From contig JAAILG010000557.1 of assembly GCA_012026655.1 (NCBI GenBank), forward strand, positions 1 to 64,000: DNA of 64,000 bases. Direction: 5' to 3'. Below, piece by piece: positions 60,761 through 64,000 of the stretch. The first letter of the stretch is position 1, and each line of letters opens with the position of its first letter. Position numbers and translations under genes: made by a program. The DNA is from Hydrolagus affinis (Eukaryota). A model generated the notes under the pieces. The model ran no database searches. It was not told the DNA's origin and worked only from the letters and a program-made list of their open reading frames with translations.

Positions 60761-63484
60761 CAATAATAAAATATGCAAAAAGTCAAACTGTATTACCATA
60801 TAAAGTCATGGGTGGGCAGAGAATGCCAGTGTAAAGAGATGAGTACTGTATAAAGCGATTCACATCCTGGCCAGTAGCTGCTCCTTTACCAAGCTTGCAA
60901 CATGTCATGTTCTCACAATTTCTGCAGGATTCCAGAGCATTTTTGATTGATGATTTTTCTCCCCTTCTTCCAACAACAGGTGATAAATACTAGATGCTTC
61001 CCTTTCGTCTTACAATCTTTAATCAAATCTCTGATAAGACTTTCTGGTGAAGGGCTAAAACCTAAACTATGTTAAACACATGGAATAACTGGATTTCCAT
61101 CATTTTTCTGGCTTTATTTCAGGTCGATTGTTATCCCTACAATTTTTCTTTCCATTCCCTGTTTTGAGGGAAAGTGTTTGCAAACTAAAATGAGTGTAAC
61201 GAGCGTTAGGATGATGGATGGCCAGAACAAATGTGTCAAGAGAGATTTATTGAATCCTCAGAATCTTTGTGTGAGTGTGGTGGGGAGGCAGTCTCCAAGG
61301 TATAATGGAGAGAGCTGCAGCTTACAGTCGAGGAGTGTTCTAGTCTCATGGAGAGGCTAAACTACACGCACGGTAAGGGAGGTGAAAAAACAAGCAGTGT
61401 TCCTGCATTTGGTCCCTTTACAGCACTCACTACTGGTTCTGCTCACGTGTGGCAGACGGGTCAGGAGAGGTCAGGCTCAGCTCTGACACCCTCTACCGTC
61501 AAGTGGCTTTGCCGGGACTCACTGCCATTGCTCGCACAATAATGATGGCCATTTGACATGGGGAAGGGGTTGCCAGTGGGTAACCAGAGGCCAGGGAACC
61601 ACAGCCCACCAGAAGAAGCCAAACCAGGAGCAGAGAGACTCGGAAAATTAGAAAATCAGTCCACGACATCTTACAATTTTCTAAAGACCTGCCCTAATTA
61701 CAGGGTTGCTGTAGCAAAACAAAAGTACAAGAATTTAAAACCATGGCGCACATAAGGGATTACTTTTATGCATTGCAAATGTTTCCCCCAATAACAAGCG
61801 TATCCATCAAACCCGGATTCAGGCAAAGACTGCACAAAGTTTACAATACCCCGTGTAAACAAATCCAACTCTCCGAGGCATAATTAATCCAGGCAATGAG
61901 ACAACTAATCCAAACTATCCGACTGTGAGTAAAAAGGGGACTTAAGATCAGGAGCAATGCCAAGCAGGCAACGGACACAAGCTGAGGCACAGTATAAACA
62001 GTTGCTCTGTGAAGCAATCAAATATTTAGTAAACAGCAGACACTTTGGCACAAATACCCAAGGAGCTTCATACCTCCGGGAACGGAGGAACTGTGCAGAT
62101 GAGCACCAGGAAGCTCGATGCGAGTGCAGTTACATGAACCAGATGGCCACGTAAGCCGCTCACTTTCCTGCACATCCTGCAGCCCCACAGCTGAAGGTGA
62201 GCCGCTCGGGTTGTGAGCAAACCGAATCAGGAAGTTATGCTAACTATGCGAAGAAATGGCAACAAACTGAAAACAAGAAAAAATATAAATTTGCCTTTTT
62301 TTTAAATGAAGCGTGTTATTAGCAGGATACGCTTCTAAAGTGTTTGCTCCAAACCCTTCGCCAACATTGAAGCAATGTGTTCTAGAGGTTCCTTTAGAAA
62401 CAAACGGCATCCAATGCAACCCACTGTAGGACAATGTGACGTGGTTGAAGTTGTGCAAGAGGAAGACATTCCTCTTCGACTGTGCCCCTGGCCCCTTCTC
62501 AGCATCAGGCTCTAGTGAAGGATACTATATAAATACAGGTTGTTGTTGTTGTTGCATTTTTCACCCTTCATAAACAGAAAGCAATTTTGATTTGATTTTC
62601 TATCGCCTCCAGCGTTCAGCCAATAGAAAGGACAAGTAGGGAAATAGGGCCCTTCCCTGCTTGAGAGGGGGGGGAGATGTGGGATGACGTGTCCTATTTT
62701 CCAAGCTGCCCCTGGAGGGGGGGAGGCTTGGCTGACATCAGTAAGTTATGGTGTCGGAAAAATTTCAGGAGGACTCAGTGTCCTGCCCTCTCTGCTGATC
62801 CACGGAACAGTACAGCTTTCAAACACTCCAGACCACCCAAATTGAGGGAATGTCTCAATCCAAATGGAGAAATGTATTAGAAAAATAAAAGTCGCACATT
62901 TTCCCCCATTGTCGGTTCGCTAACCTCTCAAAGATATTCCCTGTGGGAGCGACGAAGGGGTGGGAGGGGGGAGAAGCAAATCCTGTTTCAGTGAAGGTTG
63001 TGTTCCATATTTTACAACTTTCATTAACAGGGCACAGTATATCTGACATTTCACGTCATATTCGATGTGATAACACACCAAACCAGTTGTGAAATGTCAC
63101 AATTTTCACCCTGATGAATGTTATCAGAGCCTGCGTTGGTGCTCAAATGAAGATTTGGAAATCTCACAAGCACAAGGGAGCTGGGAAATTTCACAACCAG
63201 ATACAATCTGTGAACTGAAATTTTCTCGTGTTTTGTCAAACCAAACTGCAGTAACACGCCATCAAAAATCAACACCAAACAAAAGAAATGCCTTCACCTG
63301 ATGGGCCTAGAAAGGAAAGTCAAAACCTAGCTCAGCATTACACTACACAGACCCAATCAGAGCATGTCTGAGAGGCAACAACAGCAACAAGTAGCGTTGA
63401 TATCCGGAATACTGTCTGTCCAGAGCCTTGGGACGCCTTCCCGACTTGAAAGGCACTAAACAAATGTAATTTTGCTGTTATCAC

Positions 63485-63770
63485 ACTTTTTACACAGGTT
63501 AGTGTCTCAGGGCGCTGTACAGTGGAATGGTTGGGCACTGAGCAGGGGAGAAGAGCAATAGGAAGTGACTTAAAGACCACGAGGAAAGTCTCAGGTTGGG
63601 ATTGAAAGATACACGAAGTGGAGGTGATGGACAGGGATTTGAGATGGGGAGTCCCAGAGGTTAGGGGCTTATTGGCTGAAGGCACAGCTGCCATTGGTGT
63701 AGTGGAGCAGAGGGGTCGGGGGACGAGCAGCAGGCCTGTGTTACTTGCAAGAACTGAGTGGACAGTGACA
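63485..63770 (-). mobile_element. L2-type 3' fragment
   Basis: gtctcagggcgctgtacag...ggagtcccagagg...ggctgaaggcac resembles a reversed L2 end. Confidence 0.5.
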
Positions 63771-64000
63771 TCACTTACGGATGTCTCTCAGCGGGAAAAA
63801 GAAAGATGTCATGGTTAACCAGATGGCTTAAATAAGTCAGTGCAGACTTCTGACCAGAGGAATGAGAAACAGCTGAGACATTTATAGAAACTCCATGGAA
63901 AGAAGCAGTGATGGAATGAAAGGAATTATTTCCCTTCTCTCAAATATGGTTCCCCTTTAAAAAATAGAAGTCTCTAAATCTGGTTTCTTGGTGTAGAATG

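Overview
AT-rich vertebrate genomic DNA. The repeat content (tRNA-headed SINEs with L2-type tails, Deu-domain SINEs, CR1 and L2 remnants, a Penelope-type hairpin) suggests a cartilaginous fish, possibly a holocephalan; this is an inference. The main feature is the minus-strand CMIP (c-Maf-inducing protein) gene. I located 20 GT-AG coding exons (exons 2-21, 44611 down to 9045) that splice in frame into 2085 nt (694 aa plus stop), followed by a ~1.7 kb 3'UTR ending near 7300. I did not find exon 1, so 44612-64000 is probably intron 1. Most noteworthy: (1) a candidate unannotated spliced transcription unit starting just past the CMIP poly(A) site (TATA, Inr, Kozak ATG, phase-compatible exons), with a possible ABM-fold-like exon at 351-595; (2) a hammerhead-ribozyme core in a 25-bp hairpin, sense to the CMIP pre-mRNA in intron 3; (3) a 96-bp palindromic MITE; (4) an AGC-repeat poly-Ser insertion in exon 10; (5) modular and nested SINE/L2 architecture. 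Exon numbering and human comparisons come from my recollection of human CMIP, not from a database search.
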